A stretch of DNA of 63,581 bases, counting the filler, from Octopus bimaculoides (taxonomy: Eukaryota): NCBI RefSeq assembly GCF_001194135.2. It is 6 parts of 6 records of this genome, joined end to end, with 100 filler letters (N's around TTAATTAATTAA, not from the genome) between each part and the next. Parts side by side here need not be neighbours in the genome. Positions count along the whole stretch, not along the records: positions 1 to 15,623 come from NC_068987.1; positions 15,724 to 24,805 come from NW_026334471.1; 4 more parts are not named here. One strand, 5' to 3'. The notes beneath the pieces are model-generated. The model searched no databases, had not been told where the DNA came from, and was given only the letters and a program-made list of their open reading frames with translations. Made by a program: the position numbers and the translations under genes. Below, one piece after another: positions 12,328-24,310 of this stretch (positions are counted from its first letter, which is position 1; each line of letters opens with the position of its first letter).

Positions 12328-12446
12328 ATGTTCAAATCACAAAAGCAAAGTTTGAAGAGAATAGTAGTCATTTCCTTTGATTTCTAGAAAAAAAGTAGAT
12401 AGGAAATAACAGTGACAAAAAAAAAAAAAAAAGTTACACAGTATTA

Positions 12447-13174
12447 CAATTGACAATTCTTTATCGAAATTACTGGGACCCCAACGTGTTTCAGATCTCG
12501 GAATATTTTTTATATTTGCATCTATAAAACAGCACAGCTTGGGGGATGGGACCTATATCTAAATACAGCGTACATTTACATTTTATAATATAGCTTATAT
12601 ATATACTCTGAATGTAATTTTATATAAATTTTTAATGATTTTTTTATACATAACACCGTCAGAAAAGTAAAATGTCAGTCTCTACCAACGATGTCATGTT
12701 TTGATTAAAAGTTTACAATATACGTACGCCATTTGTATTTTATTTTATCACTATACAAATATTAGTTTTCATGTAAGGTATTGAATACATGTAAATGTAA
12801 TGAAGGCTGGAAACAAAGTCAGCATTTTATTTTTAAAGTAATGTACAAGTACTGATCTAGTCATGTTACACTCATACATGGAGGTGAAATTCAGACCTTA
12901 CGTAAAAACAACAACAAAAACCCGTTTTGTGGTTACTGTACAAAAAACGAAACAAGACATTGATCATTGCTTACTGACTTGAACATAAACGTAGACCCAG
13001 ATATTACAACTACGTCAGGTCCGAGAAACTTGAGGGAGAGGGTACATCATAAATGGCATCACTGCGCATTGGAAAATTCAGTAAGTTATCAGTATTCACG
13101 TACGAAGAATGCAACGATAGCGTGTCATGTTAGCATCCGGATTTTGGAATTTAGGATAAAAGATTTTCAATTTG
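12447..13174. mobile_element. Tc1/mariner-pogo (Tigger4/MER46-like) non-autonomous element
   Basis: TA|CAATTGACAATTCTTTATCGAAATT versus right end AATTTAGGATAAAAGATTTTCAATTTG (imperfect TIRs). Internal blocks CTGGGACC..GTGTTTCAGAT, TTGGGGGATGGGACC, GTAATTTTATA and GTCATGT..CGGATTTTGGA match my recollection of mammalian Tigger4/MER46. Confidence 0.6.
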
Positions 13175-14640
13175 GTTTATTATCATATGGTTTTACATTT
13201 ACTCAGTTCACTTAGCTGTTAGCTAATATTGGTTGATGATGAGTTGAATACAAAACGCAAACAACAAATGGAACTCTTTATCATACCAGTACCTTCAATA
13301 AAGATCATCTCAGATTTTTCTGAGATGTTTATAAGAAGTTTAAAACTTTGAGAGGTGTGAAGTAAATTATTTTTAGCGGTGGAGCTTGAAATAGATAAAG
13401 CAGTAGTTTGCAGAATATTGGGTTTAAAAATACCTTGGATGGGGTGGGAGAAACAAAATATTGAAAGATGCCCATGGAACATGAACTCGTATTTTCTATA
13501 AACATGACAGACGCTCGAGCCATTATGAAGTTTCTCCCTCCATTTTAGATGTTCTGCTCTTACTAAGGAGACTTGAAAGATCTTTCTTTATAAGAATTCT
13601 TGAAGAGATTTTCCTGTCTAAGGGGTTTTTTAAAACTCAATATTGTACGTGCTATCATTTATAGCATTAGCTACTTCGAGTCCCAGCGTTAAAATTAATT
13701 CACGTAAATCTTTTTAAGGTTTGACCTGACGTTTTATTTTAAGGTTTCTACGACCAACGACTGATGGATGGAAAGGAGGAGGAGAACTGATCTGAATTCT
13801 CGTAACAGTGAACTCTGCTAAAAGCTTTCATGCATCAAATGATACATGAGTTACCATTTTATATTTCAGTTGAAATACACTACCTTTGTTTTAATAAATT
13901 TTGAAAATGATGATGCATTTTAAAAACACTTTAGTCACTATTAGGCTGTGTTTGGAACAAATTAAAATGAAAAGTTGGATCACTTTAAAACAGGATATTT
14001 ATATAGAATCAAGGATCAGTCTCAGGTTGGTTGGTATCAAAAGAGTTAAGCCTGGCAAGGGATTAAGTCTACCATTGAAAACAGTAGCTTCTGCACACTT
14101 TCCGTTTACCAAATTTCAATCATAAGGTCCTGATCACCTGATGCTAAGGCAAGAAAATTTGCCCAAAGTTCCACAGCTGTGATGTAAAATGAGCTTGAAT
14201 CAAGTAATCAGATGAGAGATGAAACTGGGCCCAACAAACCATTAATATTTTACTATTTTTGAATATTTCATTTACGTTGTCCTAGAATACTTAGCTTCAA
14301 ATAGGTACTAGGAATGAACAGTTCTTTGAGTTCTTTACCTTTTTTAAGATGGTGTATCTTGAGGGATATTTCGCTGCCATTTCTAGTAAGTCAAGGCTTC
14401 TTTTTAGATGCCGAGAACCTTAGAATAGTTATTAACTCTCGAAGAAATCGGCTTGTGATTGATTTCAATGACGAATTGTTACCATTTTACTTCACTTTTA
14501 TTGCTAACGTCAGGGAACAAATAACACCGTTACTTTTATGAAGGTGATATTCATTTTTAGCTATTACGTGATGTCAAGACAAGAAGACACAAATGCGTAG
14601 ATCATGTATATACACACAGACATAATATGCACACGCACAC

Positions 14641-14754
14641 ACGACGGCCTTCTTTCAGTTTCCGTCTATCAAATCCTCTCACAATACTTTGGTCAGATCA
14701 GGGTTACAGTAGAAGACACTTGCTACTCAAGGTGCTACACACTGGGACTAAATC
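14641..14754 (-). mobile_element. SINE family A head fragment
   Basis: ACGACGGCCTTCTTTCAGTTTCCGTCTA...GTAGAAGACACTTGC. Confidence 0.8.
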
Positions 14755-14914
14755 TACGTTTTAACTACACAGTGATATCTGCACCTATACATAGATTATA
14801 TATATATATATATATATATAAATATATCACGGACTCACCCGTCGTTTGACGACGTATGAGGGTTCGACAATTTCGAACAAATCATCTGTGTGGGCTGCCG
14901 AACAGCCCACACAG

Positions 14915-15022
14915 ATGATTTGGAAAGAAGGTGTGTAGCGTGTGACCGTCGCAGAGAATCTGCATAAAATTTTGCCAAAAGCATGGTGATACTTGCTCAG
15001 AGTCCTGCGTAAAGTTTTAAAA
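14915..15022 (+). mobile_element. Inverted duplicate of the mariner 5' region
   Basis: 14922-14952 is the reverse complement of ~15436-15467; followed by ICIKFCQKHGDTCSE (mariner N-terminus) on +. Confidence 0.75.
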
Positions 15023-15623
15023 AACTTTTCATCGTTCTCGACACAATCAAGGAGATCTTGTGCAACTGAAACCCGAGTGTCTTTGGTCAGCTGAAAGTAA
15101 TTTTGGCACAAACTTGGCAGACACGCGTCTCATACCCAAACCTTCAGTAATAATGGACTGAACTGAACCGTAACTAATCTGCACATCCTCTGATAACTCA
15201 CGAATGGTAATTCGACGATTTTCCTTCACAGCTGCACGCACATCTGCGATGTTTTTCTCAGTTCTGCTGGTTGAGGGTCTGCCAGAACGTTCGTCAATAT
15301 CGACATTTTCGGCCATATTGGAAACGTCTGAACCACATGTACACTTGTGTGTGGTTCATACACTCCTCTTCATACACTTTTTGTAACTTTGCGTAGGCCT
15401 TTGAGCAGGCCATGACAACTTATGTCATGGTCAATGCGACGATCACACGTTACACACCTTCCTTCCAAGCACTGCTGTAATCAGCGGAAGTGAACTAGAA
15501 CGTTAAAATTTAGTGCGCATGCACAGCAGAGTTCAAGGTCAATCTATGCCAAACAGCTTCACTCTGCGTACTTTAGCTTCGTTACTATGACAACAGTACA
15601 GATACTTATTGCTCAAACTACGT
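15010..15623 (-). mobile_element. Mariner transposon 5' half (transposase pseudogene)
   Basis: AYAKLQKVYEE...WFRRF / DERSGRPSTSRTEKNIADVRAAVKENRRITIRELSEDVQISYGSVQSIITEGLGMRRVSAKFVPKLLS: mariner HTH region plus WVPHEL-like linker; frameshifted; TIR-like end abuts the gap at 15623. Confidence 0.9.
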
Positions 15624-15723
15624 NNNNNNNNNNNNNNNNNNNNNNNNNNNNNNNNNNNNNNNNNNNNTTAATTAATTAANNNNNNNNNNNNNNNNNNNNN
15701 NNNNNNNNNNNNNNNNNNNNNNN

Positions 15724-15845
15724 GATATACATTAAGTGCCGACTACATAAACAAACGATTCTGAAACAATTCTATCGGTGATAGGGTTAGGGTTAGGGTT
15801 AGGGTAAAACAGCAAATTTAAAAAGCAAAAAGCAAAACGAAGCTA
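15724..15845 (+). mobile_element. Internal fragment of the element at 30286-30877
   Basis: Near-identical to ~30478-30605, including the TTAGGG run. Confidence 0.85.
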
Positions 15846-16109
15846 TGGAAATTAAATACGCTTTACACCGCTTAATCGAGGACAGAAATGGCTATCCTCG
15901 TGAGTCAGAATGGCTGTTCCAGAGCATTTCCCTCGAGATCCTCCGGGGCAACACCTTTTCCATTTTGTCCCCTGGGACCACGAGTCGAACTAACAAGTTT
16001 TTTTTTTTAGTTATTTCTTTGCTGTGAAGAAGACGGAAGTCATGATGATTTAGGCAGGGCCCTTCATCGAAAAGACGACACATTGCAAAGCAGTTTCTAT
16101 TTCACTGTC

Positions 16110-16152
<43 letters not shown>

Positions 16153-16969
16153 CATCAGTGTGTGTCTCTTCGTGTCTGAGTTTGTCTCCCACCATCGTCT
16201 GGCAACCCATGTTGGTGTGTTTGCTTCCATGTAGTTTAGCAGTTGAACAAAATATAAAGGAGAGGTATAATGTAATTATTGTCACACGATGAAGGCTGCA
16301 AAACTGCCGTAATCCTACAGATATCAAGTGGTTAAGTGAATACATTCATCTCACATACCGCTTGACTTTGTATGTTCAGAGTTGCCTCTCTTAGGTATCT
16401 CTCATTGATAAACGCCAACTAGATTAGGACTGGGTGTCCTGATGGATGGCAGCACAGAACAAACAGGGTGCTTTCACACCATTTTACCACAAGAGAAATA
16501 TTTTCTCTACTGTGTAACTTCAGTGAATTTGTCTTTTAGCTGTTGAAATATGCCACAAACATATTTTAACTAACCTAAACTTTGCTTAGGCCGAATAAAA
16601 CTGCTTGGCGCTAATACTTCGGTAATATAAGCCTGGTCGTTTTATTGTCCTCTATTGCGTTTCTGCTATGGACACACACACACACACACTCACCTACACA
16701 TATACATACATATATGTGTGTGTGTGTGTGTGTGTGCGCGTTTACATACAGACATATTAATATACTTGTGTGATATTTCTATGTATATATTTGCATTGAA
16801 TTTGTAAGTTGTATTTGCATACAGCTTTCCTTGTCGAACTCTTAATTTTCAGACAATTACATATTTGTACATAATCTCCACCTCCACACGCCCCTACGAA
16901 ACACCCATTTTTTAAAACACATTTTGTATGCATGACTATTGGGCCCCGGTGGCAAATAAAAGACAACCA

Positions 16970-18100
16970 ATAATAATAATAATAATAATGATAATAATAA
17001 TAATAATGATAATTATTATTATATATTTATTTATTTATATATCTATTTATTATTTGTATCATCATCATCATCACCATATTATGATTATTATATATTTATT
17101 TATTTATATATCTATTTATTATTTGTATCATCATCATCATCACCATATTATTATTATTATATATTTATTTATTTATATATCTATTTATTATTTGTATCAT
17201 CATCATCATCACCATATTATNNNNNNNNNNNNNNNNNNNNNNNNNNNNNNNNNNNNNNNNNNNNNNNNNNNNNNNNNNNNNNNNNNNNNNNNNNNNNNNN
17301 NNNNNNNNNNNNNNNNNNNNNNNNNNNNNNNNNNNNNNNNNNNNNNNNNNNNNNNNNNNNNNNNNNNNNNNNNNNNNNNNNNNNNNNNNNNNNNNNNNNN
17401 NNNNNNNNNNNNNNNNNNNNNNNNNNNNNNNNNNNNNNNNNNNNNNNNNNNNNNNNNNNNNNNNNNNNNNNNNNNNNNNNNNNNNNNNNNNNNNNNNNNN
17501 NNNNNNNNNNNNNNNNNNNNNNNNNNNNNNNNNNNNNNNNNNNNNNNNNNNNNNNNNNNNNNNNNNNNNNNNNNNNNNNNNNNNNNNNNNNNNNNNNNNN
17601 NNNNNNNNNNNNNNNNNNNNNNNNNNNNNNNNNNNNNNNNNNNNNNNNNNNNNNNNNNNNNNNNNNNNNNNNNNNNNNNNNNNNNNNNNNNNNNNNNNNN
17701 NNNNNNNNNNNNNNNNNNNNNNNNNNNNNNNNNNNNNNNNNNNNNNNNNNNNNNNNNNNNNNNNNNNNNNNNNNNNNNNNNNNNNNNNNNNNNNNNNNNN
17801 NNNNNNNNNNNNNNNNNNNNNNNNNNNNNNNNNNNNNNNNNNNNNNNNNNNNNNNNNNNNNNNNNNNNNNNNNNNNNNNNNNNNNNNNNNNNNNNNNNNN
17901 NNNNNNNNNNNNNNNNNNNNNNNNNNNNNNNNTTGTATCATCATCATCATCATCATCACCATATCATGATTATTATATATTGCTATAAATATTATCATTA
18001 TTATTTATTATTATATTTACTACTTTTATTATTTTTACAATCATCATCATGATTATTGTCATTATAATCATTATTTTTATTATTATCGCTGTTATAATTA

Positions 18101-18134
<34 letters not shown>

Positions 18135-18226
18135 CATCATTATTATAATTATTATTATTATTATTATTATTATGATTGTTGTTGATGTTGCTATCATTAT
18201 TATGGTCGCTGTTATTATTATTGTTG

Positions 18227-18267
<41 letters not shown>

Positions 18268-18270
18268 GTG
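16970..18270. repeat. (ATA/ATT/CAT)n microsatellites plus a 69-bp minisatellite (~17012-17220) running into a gap
   Basis: ATCTATTTATTATTTGTATCATC recurs at 17041, 17110 and 17179. Confidence 0.9.
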
Positions 18271-18729
18271 AAATCTTTCTGTCGTATGAACTTTGAAAGA
18301 TCGCTTCAAGACATGCGGTTGGACCGTTCCCTGTTGTATTTTAGAATTTATTCCTTGGTTTGTCTAAACCCCCGTCCCCCACCTCTTACCACCTCCTCCC
18401 CCTCTCTCACACCTTCCCGTCCGCCGTCTAAGACACAACATCCCATCCTAAACCACCAACTCACACCGCCACCACCTCCTCCTACTACTCTACCACCACC
18501 ACCACCACCACGACAACGTCTAAATTTGTCCGTATTGCGTGATCAAATGCCGGGTTTTGACCGCTGTTGTTGTTGATGATGATGATGATGGTAATGATGA
18601 TGATGATGATGATGATGACTGTGATCTTCTTTTGTACCACTGGTGGTGGAGGTGTTACTAGCCGTGGTGGTGGTCGTGGTTGTAATGGTCTTAGTATATA
18701 TCTGTGTATAACCCTAAGTCAGTCCATGA

Positions 18730-19080
18730 TACTGCTGGTCTATGATCAAGTTACTACATTGGTAAATTTTCGTCTTCAAATCAGGCATAGTGTATCTAGG
18801 ACTACATTATCTAATGTATAGCAGAGCAGTTAATATTAATGGCTGTAGTTGTTGTTTGTCTGGAGATCCAACAGTCCTGATCCAACAAATCTATGATCAA
18901 AAGTGTTCCAATTTTTATTCAGACATAGTCTATCTAGGACTACATTAACTAATGTACTGTATAGTAGTTAGTATTAGTAGCCATCGCTGTGTTATTGTTT
19001 AGCCCCAGGCCAATCTTGACCCAGCAAACCTCACAGCCGTGACCATAGCATCAGACTAAATATCTTCGATTACATTATCG
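18730..19080 (-). mobile_element. Three degenerate tandem family F fragments
   Basis: CTATGATCAA and TATCTAGGACTACATTA(T/A)CTAATGT recur; reverse complement of motifs at 31140-31260. Confidence 0.6.
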
Positions 19081-19988
19081 TGTGTACAGTTAATAGAATT
19101 AGTGTTTTGCGTATATACGAGTATATATGTGTGTGTGTGTGTGTGCGTGGTTACTTAGATATGTGACTATATATATGTTATATATATTNNNNNNNNNNNN
19201 NNNNNNNNNNNNNNNNNNNNNNNNNNNNNNNNNNNNNNNNNNNNNNNNNNNNNNNNNNNNNNNNNNNNNNNNNNNNNNNNNNNNNNNNNNNNNNNNNNNN
19301 NNNNNNNNNNNNNNNNNNNNNNNNNNNNNNNNNNNNNNNNNNNNNNNNNNNNNNNNNNNNNNNNNNNNNNNNNNNNNNNNNNNNNNNNNNNNNNNNNNNN
19401 NNNNNNNNNNNNNNNNNNNNNNNNNNNNNNNNNNNNNNNNNNNNNNNNNNNNNNNNNNNNNNNNNNNNNNNNNNNNNNNNNNNNNNNNNNNNNNNNNNNN
19501 NNNNNNNNNNNNNNNNNNNNNNNNNNNNNNNNNNNNNNNNNNNNNNNNNNNNNNNNNNNNNNNNNNNNNNNNNNNNNNNNNNNNNNNNNNNNNNNNNNNN
19601 NNNNNNNNNNNNNNNNNNNNNNNNNNNNNNNNNNNNNNNNNNNNNNNNNNNNNNNNNNNNNNNNNNNNNNNNNNNNNNNNNNNNNNNNNNNNNNNNNNNN
19701 NNNNNNNNNNNNNNNNNNNNNNNNNNNNNNNNNNNNNNNNNNNNNNNNNNNNNNNNNNNNNNNNNNNNNNNNNNNNNNNNNNNNNNNNNNNNNNNNNNNN
19801 NNNNNNNNNNNNNNNNNNNNNNNNNNNNNNNNNNNNNNNNNNNNNNNNNNNNNNNNNNNNNNNNNNNNNNNNNNNNNNNNNNNNNNNNNNNNNNNNNNNN
19901 NNNNNNNNNNNNNNNNNNNNNNNNNNNNNNNNNNNNNNNNNNNNNNNNNNNNNNNNNNNNNNNNNNNNNNNNNNNNNNNNNNNNNNNN

Positions 19989-20032
<44 letters not shown>

Positions 20033-20471
20033 CATGTATACATATATATGAAAGTCTGCCAACGCAACGTGGAAGTCCTATACAGGACCATGTTAGTACT
20101 TTTTAGCCTCGGGGATACATCTTTTCCAGATGGCTATCAACATATCATGTGTGTCCATATACTGTGAGCAAGGGAGTCTACCACTTCCGTTCTAGCCGTA
20201 GCGATACCTGTAGGCCAATGGTTTCTAGGTAATTTCCCTTCCTCGGCACAGGACAACCGCCAGCTAGAAATAGCAGCCTCTCGCTCTTCCCCACAGTATA
20301 TACTTTTAGAGCGACACACAGTCGCTGATCTCATAAAGAGAAAAAAGAACTAGTTTTAAATCTCTGAGTGAGAAATATATAGTAACAGTACCGTACAGTA
20401 AAGTCTATTTGCCAATGCAACGTGTAATTCCTACGCAGGACGATGTTACTACTTTTAAGCTCAAGAAAAAC

Positions 20472-20523
<52 letters not shown>

Positions 20524-21597
20524 CTACACATGTATATATGCATATACATGTGTGTGTAAGTGTGTGTGAGCATGTTTGCGTGTGTGTGTTTGTGTGTATG
20601 CATACGTGTGCTTGCATTTGTGCGTGCTTATGTGAACGTGTCTATGTATTTTCTGGGAAAATCTTTTGTAAAACCTTCGCATATGCCAACTGACAATAAA
20701 AGCGTTTTTGTCTACTTGGAGGGCTTCTGTACAAAGCAATCACTCGTTAACAGCAGAGTTATTCATTTTCCTTTCAAATATGATGCCGAGTTTTCGAAAA
20801 TTTCACGTTCGTTGCCTAAGGAAAATTTTCAAATACAGTTTTATAGCATGGATTAATGTATTACGCGATTTATGCAGATTTCATCTCGGAGGTGATTTAA
20901 AACATTTCAATATATATTTTGATTTTTGACGACAAAACGATATGAATTCTGAACGAATGTTTTGAAATGGTATTTTAAAGGAACTATATATAGTTCCTTT
21001 AAACCACACACACGCACGCACGCACGCACACACACACACACACACAAACGCGCGCACGCACACATCTGTTTTGCAAGGCTTGTGGATTTTATCATAATAT
21101 ATATGTTCTTTTATTCTTTTAATTGTTTCAGTCATTCGACTGCAGCCATGCTGGAGCACTACCTATACATATATACATACATACATATATATATATGTAT
21201 ATATATATATATATNNNNNNNNNNNNNNNNNNNNNNNNNNNNNNNNNNNNNNNNNNNNNNNNNNNNNNNNNNNNNNNNNNNNNNNNNNNNNNNNNNNNNN
21301 NNNNNNNNNNNNNNNNNNNNNNNNNNNNNNNNNNNNNNNNNNNNNNNNNNNNNNNNNNNNNNNNNNNNNNNNNNNNNNNNNNNNNNNNNNNNNNNNNNNN
21401 NNNNNNNNNNNNNNNNNNNNNNNNNNNNNNNNNNNNNNNNNNNNNNNNNNNNNNNNNNNNNNNNNNNNNNNNNNNNNNNNNNNNNNNNNNNNNNNNNNNN
21501 NNNNNNNNNNNNNNNNNNNNNNNNNNNNNNNNNNNNNNNNNNNNNNNNNNNNNNNNNNNNNNNNNNNNNNNNNNNNNNNNNNNNNNNNNNNNNNNNT

Positions 21598-21716
21598 TCC
21601 ACTGCGTGAGACCTTGTGTAAATGTCTTCTACTATAGCCTCGGATGGACCAAAGCTTTGTGAGTAGATTTGGGAGACGGAAACTGAAAGAAGCCCGTCGT
21701 ATACACACACACACAC

Positions 21717-21750
<34 letters not shown>

Positions 21751-21926
21751 TTATTTATTTGTGTGTCTGTGTTTTCCCCCACCATCGCTTGACTACCGAT
21801 GTTATGTTTTCGTCCCCGTAACTTAGCGGTTCAGAAAAAGTGACCGATAGAATAAGTACTAAGCTTACAAAGAATAAGTCCTGGGGTGGATTTGTTCGAA
21901 TAAAGGTGTTGCTCCACCATGGCCGT
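21598..21926 (+). mobile_element. SINE family A, tail 1 (5' end in gap)
   Basis: Collinear with 10191-10563. Confidence 0.9.
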
Positions 21927-21946
21927 AATCCATAAAAGAATATATA

Positions 21947-22367
21947 GGCGTAGGCGTGGCTGTGTGGTAAGAAGTTTGCTTCACAACCACATGGTCCTGA
22001 GTTCATTCCCACTGGGTGGAAACTTGGGCAAGTGTTTTCTACCATATCTACAGACCGACGAAAGCATTGTGAGAGGATTCAGTTGACAGAAACTGAAAGA
22101 AGCCCATCGTATATACATAAGTGTGTGTATGTGCGTGCATGTTTGTGTGTTTGTGTCTGTTTGTTCCCCACCACTATCACCACAATCACCGCTTGACAAA
22201 CGGTGTTGTTGTATTAGAACCCCGTAAACTAGCGTTTCGCTTAAAGGGGCCGATACCAAGCTTTAAAAAAAGACCATAAAGTACTGGGATTGACTCGTTT
22301 TCTCTAAAATTCTCCAAGGCTCTGCCCCAGCATGGTCACAGTCTAATGCCTGAAACAAGTAAAAGAT
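21947..22367 (+). mobile_element. SINE family A, full length, tail 1
   Basis: GGCGTAGGCGTGGCTGTGTGGTAAG head; ends CCTGAAACAAGTAAAAGA. Confidence 0.9.
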
Positions 22368-22929
22368 GAAATATTTATACTCTCTGAAAGGTGAACATCA
22401 TAAGTATTTTGACATATTAAATAACTAAATTTTGAAGAATCGAAAATATTACGAAACACTAAATAGAATTAATAGCAAGTTAAGTCTCAGCTGCACATAT
22501 CATTTTCTCATAGAAATAGCATATATCAATACTAATAACCTCAAAAACATCTACATCTAAAACTTTTCATTCATATAACTATCTTAACTTGGTAAATTTT
22601 CCATAAAATGAAATATAACCATTCTTCTGAAATCAATCGCTTATTGTTCGAAAATATTTACTGCAGATAATTTAGTTTCCAAAGCTTTATATCGAGTTAA
22701 CTGAAAAAATATATATATTTATTTATGAGACGGTTTAATCGCATAGACATTCTTTTAGAAATACCAAAAGATCTTTCAATATAAATTTATCACAATTCGT
22801 ATTGTATTTGAGAAATAATGATGTTAGATATGAGAAAATTGTTTTGATTTGTGACGAGAAAGAGGTTAATTCTTGGTGGGTACGATGAGTATTGAGGATC
22901 GAGCTTACTGAAGTAATTTATTTAGTTGA

Positions 22930-23590
22930 TTCAGAGAGGGGGTAGAGGGAGAGAGAGTCGGGGTGAGAGAGTCGGGGAGAGAGAAGGAGAGAAATAGGGA
23001 GAGAGAGGGAGAGAGAAGAGAAAGGGAGAGGAGGAAGAGAGAGAGAGGGAGAGAAAAAGGCGAAGAAAGGGAGAGAGATAGAGGATGAGAGGAAGAGAGA
23101 GAGGGTGAGTGAGTGCAAGAGAGGGTGAAAGAGAGGGAGAGAGAAGGAAAGTGAAGGAAAATGAGAGGGAGAGAGATTGAAAAACAAGGGAAGAGAAAAA
23201 TGTAGGAAGCAAGAAAGAGAAGGGAGAAAAAGAGAGACAAAGACAGAAAGGAAGAAAGAGGAGAGAGAGAGAAAGAGGGAGATTGAGTGAGAGGGAAGGA
23301 GATAGTGGAAGAAGCAAAGATAGAACGAGGGAATGAGGCAGAGCGACAGTTGAGAGTGGAGTGGCAAGGGAGGAGAGGAAAAGGAATGAGAAAAGTTAGG
23401 TAAAAAGGGGAGACAGAGGAGAGAGGGTTAGATGAGGGGGGAGGGAAAATAGAGGGGTGGGGAGAGTGTGTAGGGAAAGAGAGAGAATGATAGAGAGGAA
23501 AAGATGGAGAGGAGGAGAGAGAAATTGTAAGTGAAACAGAATGATCTAGAGAGAGAGAGAGAGAAAAGGAGAGAGAGAGAGAGAGAGCAA
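22930..23590. repeat. ~660-bp polypurine (GA-rich) tract
   Basis: Predominantly A/G on +; source of the Ser/Leu-rich spurious ORFs. Confidence 0.95.
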
Positions 23591-23887
23591 AGATCATATT
23601 TGTTTCTACTTATTAGATAAAGGCAGTCCTAAGAATCATTAAATATAAAATATTAAATAGAAATAATGTTAAATTTAGCTTTAGCTGTACACATAATTTT
23701 TCCTCAAAAAAGCAAACATCGACACTAAAATTCGACAGTAACCGCCAATATCAAACATTTCCTTTTCACTTAACTGTCTTAACCGGAAAATGATTTATTA
23801 ATTAATTCATGTTTACGAAATCGACAGTTTACTGCGTAAAAGTATTTACAGCCGATAAAACGATCCTACTTCCTTGTATTGAAGCGC

Positions 23888-24310
23888 ACGCGTAGCCGTA
23901 TAGTAAGAAACTTGTTTCCCAAACACATGGTTCTGGGTTCAGTCCAACTACGTAGCACCTTGGGAAAGTGTCTTCTACTGTAGCCTTGGGCCGACCAAAG
24001 CTTTGTGATGAATTAGGTAGGTGGAAACTGAAAGAAGCCCGTCGTATATATATATATATATATATATAGATACATATGTATGTATGCATATGTATATTAT
24101 CAACGACACATACATTCAGACAAACATATGTACACACACACACATAGATGACAGGCTTCTTTCAGTTTCCGTCTGGCGAATCCACTCAGAAGGCTTTGGT
24201 CGGCCTGAGACTATAATAGAAGACACTTGCCCAAGGTGCCACGCAGTGGGACTGAACACGGAACCATGTGATTAGGAAGAAAGCTCCTTACCATACGTCA
24301 ACGCCTGCAC
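23888..24310. mobile_element. Two SINE family A heads in inverted orientation (23888-24045 +, 24147-24310 -)
   Basis: Both stop at the CTGAAAGAAGCC hinge boundary and share one microsatellite spacer. Confidence 0.85.
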
